Positions 60,782 to 64,000 of a stretch of DNA of 64,000 nt are shown piece after piece. The position numbers were made by a program, and so were the translations under genes. Below the pieces are notes generated by a model, which was not told the origin of the DNA, ran no database searches, and saw only the letters and a list, made by a program, of their open reading frames with translations. This stretch comes from an uncultured Candidatus Saccharibacteria bacterium. Its GTDB lineage: Bacteria > Patescibacteriota > Minisyncoccia > Phycocordibacterales > UBA12445. The first letter of the stretch is position 1. Every line of letters begins with the position of its first letter. The stretch is taken from positions 18,135 to 82,134 of the forward strand of contig CAZYTH010000004.1 of the NCBI GenBank assembly GCA_964649715.1, written 5' to 3'.

Positions 60782-61447
60782 TTAATTAATAGGGTGAATA
60801 TCTTTTCCTTTTAATTTATATTTTTCTATCTCCTTGTGGTTTCCAGATAAAAGCACGCTCGGAACCTTATGTTTTCTACCTTTCCATTTTAAAATCTCGG
60901 GTCTTGTATACATTTCCCCTGAAGACACCCTTTCCTCTTCAATAGATTCATTTTTTCCAAGAACCCCTTTTATCTGCCTAGAAATCGAATCGATCATAAT
61001 CATCGCAGGCAACTCCCCTCCCGTAACCACAAAAGGGCCAACAGATATTTCTTCCGCTTTTAAAATTTTCTTTACCCGTGAGTCTATGCCTTCATACCTA
61101 CCGCAGATTAAAATAATATCCCTAACGCCACTCTTGTTTTTTACAATCTTCTTAGCGAACTCATTTGTAAACTGCTCACCACGTGGTGACATTATAAATA
61201 TTTTTGCTTTCTTTCTGCCCTTAGCCCTTAGGGCTGCTTTAATTATCGGTTCCGCATACATAACCATCCCCGGGCCACCTCCATACGGCCTGTCATCAGC
61301 TTTATGATGTTTATCTATTGTAAAATCTCGCGGATTATAAAACTTAAAATTGATCAATTTATTTTCTTTTGCGCGTTTCAAAATCGACTCATTTAAATAA
61401 GAGCCGAACATTTCTGGAAAAAGCGTGATGATGTGGAAATTAATCAT
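60782..61447 (-). CDS. trmD: tRNA (guanine-N1)-methyltransferase
   Basis: ITLFPE, DDRPYGGGPGMV, SPRG, CGRYEGID.R, GGELPAM, YTRP, LLSGNH. Confidence 0.97.
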   Translation of the reverse strand: MINFHIITLFPEMFGSYLNESILKRAKENKLINFKFYNPRDFTIDKHHKADDRPYGGGPGMVMYAEPIIKAALRAKGRKKAKIFIMSPRGEQFTNEFAKKIVKNKSGVRDIILICGRYEGIDSRVKKILKAEEISVGPFVVTGGELPAMIMIDSISRQIKGVLGKNESIEEERVSSGEMYTRPEILKWKGRKHKVPSVLLSGNHKEIEKYKLKGKDIHPIN

Positions 61448-61466
61448 TGTCAAACAAATATATCAG

Positions 61467-61494
61467 ACCATAGACTTGATATCAAGTCTATGGT
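61467..61494. repeat. Perfect 28-bp palindrome
   Basis: ACCATAGACTTGATATCAAGTCTATGGT equals its own reverse complement. Confidence 0.9.
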
Positions 61495-61542
61495 ACTTAT
61501 CCAATCCAAATTCGTAATTTTTAATTGATAATTTGTAATTGT

Positions 61543-63633
61543 TTAATGGCTTCCCCCGCCACCTCCACCACCACCCCCTCCGGATGATCCGCCACCCCCT
61601 GAACCACTACTGCTACCAGGGGAAGATGTTAGCGAGTCTCCAGCAAAAGAACCAAACGAATCTATTGAACTCGCGAAAACCCCTGCATTAAATGTTCCCC
61701 CCTGCACATCACTATACCAAGATGGTGGCGTTGTATAAATTCCCTCAAACTCCTTGGCCCATATTTTAGAAACACCTAGTGTCATTGCGTAAGGTAAAAG
61801 TTTTTCAAAAAGCTCAGGGCTTTTTTCGGGCGCGTTATAGAATTCTAGCCTATCTTTTTCGGCGATACGAAGATAATCAAGAAGACCTAGCAAATATTCA
61901 TATGTGACCATCCCTTTTTCGGTTTTTCGGGGCATGTAATAACCAGTAACACCAATAACTATTGCAGATAAAATGAGTGAAATTATTGTAGATACGCCAT
62001 AGTAATTATACAAATATTCCCCACCCAAAAAACAAGCAACCACCATTAGAAAACTAACGATAGTAAATTCAGAACGAAATCTGCCTGGTTTTCCCTCATA
62101 ATAACCCTTAGAAACAACGACATCACTAACCATATTTTCAATCAAAGATGCTTCTTTATAAAATTTTTCATTAAGCAAAGAAAGTCTAATTTCTCTTTTT
62201 AAAGAACCGACGGAAATTTCATTTCCCGTATCCTCTCCGACAAGATCCCTTGAGATAATTTTTGCTTTTCCTGTTAATATCGCTTTCGCAATCGAAAAAC
62301 CTAAAAATAAAACAAATAATATCGGTATCATGTATATCATTCCAAAAAGCAACAACGCTCCCATTGCAGGAATAAATTTATAAGAATCTGGTAAATAACT
62401 TCCACCCACAATTGTTATAACTGCAGTTAAAGCTACAATCGAAGTATAAACGTAGATTATTATCTTCCAAGTTTTATTTATTTTAAGCTTGGACTCTGAT
62501 ATATTCTCTCCACCCACATTCCTGATTTCTTTTTCCGCATTCTCCAACTTTCTCGTTTCTGCAAAGATTTCCTCGTCTCCAAATAATGATTCCATCAATT
62601 TTTTCTGATGTGGTGGTAAAAAAGACATATCATCCTTGGTCTTTTCTAAGCTATAATCTTCCGGCAAACCACCCAAAACACTGTTTCCTATTTTTCTTAT
62701 TTTGAGATATCCCCTAATCGCAAGCTGTATTATTTCTGCTGAGATATCATTGTTGTGGCTAATCTCATTAATAATCATTCCCACCTCCATCGGCGTAAGC
62801 CCATCTGGCACATCATATTGCGGAATAATTACTCCAGTCCCCTTTGGGTCTCGCCCTTTTGTGTACCACAGGTAAAACATCAAAAAAAATACCAGAACAG
62901 GGAGCATAAAAATCTTGTTGTCCCAAATAGCGCCTAGAATATTTTCCCACATTGTCGGTTCGTAGACTATCCCCTTCGGAAAGCCAACAGCTACAGTAAG
63001 ACCCTCTTGCGGGACATAGTTCCTCGAGGAAAAGAAAACTACCGATTCAACAAGATTGTTGTTTTTAAATAGTCTATGCGGACAACTTTCTTTACTCCCC
63101 CTGACACCCTGATAACAAGATATTTTTAGTTGGCTTTCGGGTAATGGCTTGGGCAAAACAACTTTTGCAGAAGCATAATTTATGGGCACATTCCATTCGT
63201 CACCCGTCGCATTCCAGTATATCTCATCAAAATCTTCAAAATAACCAATGGTCCCATTTACTTTGTATTTGAATATATACGGAACAACCCCATTAACGTG
63301 GGTGTCCGGATCTGGATTTGTGTCTATTCTCAAATATTTTCCATACTTATAAAATTCATAGTTATCTGTATTTACAGATACATCAGAAAAATAAAAATTA
63401 AAATTTCCATAATCCGCCTTGTATTTTCTTGGTATATCTCTATATAGACCATGAAGCTCCCTGCCATTACTTAAATTATCAAAATCGTAATTTATTTTTT
63501 CAATTACATTTATAGAAGAATCTTTGTTTACCCTGACCTCAACGTCAAAGCTCTTTATGCTTTCTCTGGCCGAAGAATAATTAAAAAAAGACAAAAAAAT
63601 AAAAACAAATAAAATTTTTTTTGTAAAATTCAT
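61543..63633 (-). CDS. DUF2207-family membrane protein
   Basis: Signal peptide, HG.YRDIP, DEIYWN.TG..W, KGRDP, LAIRGYL, LPYA..LGV...W, Gly/Ser-rich tail. Confidence 0.88.
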   Translation of the reverse strand: MNFTKKILFVFIFLSFFNYSSARESIKSFDVEVRVNKDSSINVIEKINYDFDNLSNGRELHGLYRDIPRKYKADYGNFNFYFSDVSVNTDNYEFYKYGKYLRIDTNPDPDTHVNGVVPYIFKYKVNGTIGYFEDFDEIYWNATGDEWNVPINYASAKVVLPKPLPESQLKISCYQGVRGSKESCPHRLFKNNNLVESVVFFSSRNYVPQEGLTVAVGFPKGIVYEPTMWENILGAIWDNKIFMLPVLVFFLMFYLWYTKGRDPKGTGVIIPQYDVPDGLTPMEVGMIINEISHNNDISAEIIQLAIRGYLKIRKIGNSVLGGLPEDYSLEKTKDDMSFLPPHQKKLMESLFGDEEIFAETRKLENAEKEIRNVGGENISESKLKINKTWKIIIYVYTSIVALTAVITIVGGSYLPDSYKFIPAMGALLLFGMIYMIPILFVLFLGFSIAKAILTGKAKIISRDLVGEDTGNEISVGSLKREIRLSLLNEKFYKEASLIENMVSDVVVSKGYYEGKPGRFRSEFTIVSFLMVVACFLGGEYLYNYYGVSTIISLILSAIVIGVTGYYMPRKTEKGMVTYEYLLGLLDYLRIAEKDRLEFYNAPEKSPELFEKLLPYAMTLGVSKIWAKEFEGIYTTPPSWYSDVQGGTFNAGVFASSIDSFGSFAGDSLTSSPGSSSGSGGGGSSGGGGGGGGGGSH

Positions 63634-63702
63634 AAAAAGTAATAATTGATCTATAATTATACTATTATATTGATTGTAAGATATTTTTAAAATTATTTAA
63701 AC

Positions 63703-64000
63703 ATGTCATTTAATCCAGAAGAAGATTTCAAAAAATTAAAACAAGCAGGTGGCGGAACAAATAGGTTTGAGGCTTATGTTGATTTTATGCAAAAAAGAAA
63801 AGAACAAAAAGAAAAAACAACTCACCTAATCGATGATTTAATAAAAAGAATAATTTCTGAACCTGAATTAAAAATAGAAGACATAAAGAGATATGCAGAA
63901 CAAAAAATTAAAGACATCGGCTTACCAGGAAAACAAAGAGAAAAAATTTTTAGGGGGATAAGGGAATACGAAAAGAGAAGTAAGGAAATAAAAAGACTTA
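63703..64000 (+). CDS. Hypothetical protein, 3' end outside the window
   Basis: ATG 63703, frame open to the window edge (MSFNPEEDFKKLKQAGGG...); not in the supplied ORF track. Confidence 0.6.
   Translation, partial: MSFNPEEDFKKLKQAGGGTNRFEAYVDFMQKRKEQKEKTTHLIDDLIKRIISEPELKIEDIKRYAEQKIKDIGLPGKQREKIFRGIREYEKRSKEIKRL

Noticed and set aside
61546-61625. GC-rich CCA/CCG-like repeats
   Set aside because: These encode the usual Gly/Ser tail of DUF2207 proteins and are not an independent repeat element.
1-64000. Many 60-160 aa ORFs antisense to or nested in long genes (e.g. 399..638, 9517..9891, 40014..40415, 60834..61307)
   Set aside because: Shadow ORFs of well-supported genes, with no motifs or independent expression signals.
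1-64000. CRISPR array, prophage, or complete DGR cassette
   Set aside because: No regularly spaced repeats, cas1/cas2, phage structural genes, integrase, reverse transcriptase or AAC-rich template repeat were seen by eye.
1-64000. Alternative genetic code (UGA=Gly, as in Gracilibacteria/Absconditabacteria)
   Set aside because: Long conserved genes such as rpoB, rpoC and leuS are complete under code 11, and TGA ends dnaX at a plausible position.

Overview
AT-rich bacterial chromosome segment read in genetic code 11. Its gene content is typical of Patescibacteria/CPR, probably Parcubacteria: short DnaX and AspRS, a scpA-scpB-dac-mraY-ftsW-murG mini-cluster, and few Shine-Dalgarno sites. It is mostly housekeeping: six aminoacyl-tRNA synthetases (argS, asnS, leuS, trpS, aspS, gltX), rpoB, rpoC, dnaG, rpoD, a diadenylate cyclase, trmD, two TruB-type genes, tRNA-Gln(UUG), and an ECF-sigma/MacAB-like envelope module. 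An intact IS481-family element with inverted repeats and a 5-bp target duplication is present. The most notable items are: (1) LeuRS with an intact Nudix hydrolase domain inserted at the end of the CP1 editing domain; (2) a ~205-bp hairpin-rich element bounded by a duplication of the tRNA-Gln 3' end; (3) an orphan gene resembling CPR diversity-generating-retroelement targets, with no reverse transcriptase or template repeat seen here; (4) a symmetric dif-like 11-6-11 site where gene orientation flips; (5) two related orphan genes with matching expression signals on either side of the IS; (6) a MITE-like inverted repeat overlapping the leuS start codon; (7) tandem PD-(D/E)XK nuclease paralogs. 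All calls come from motif reading by eye; no database searches were run.
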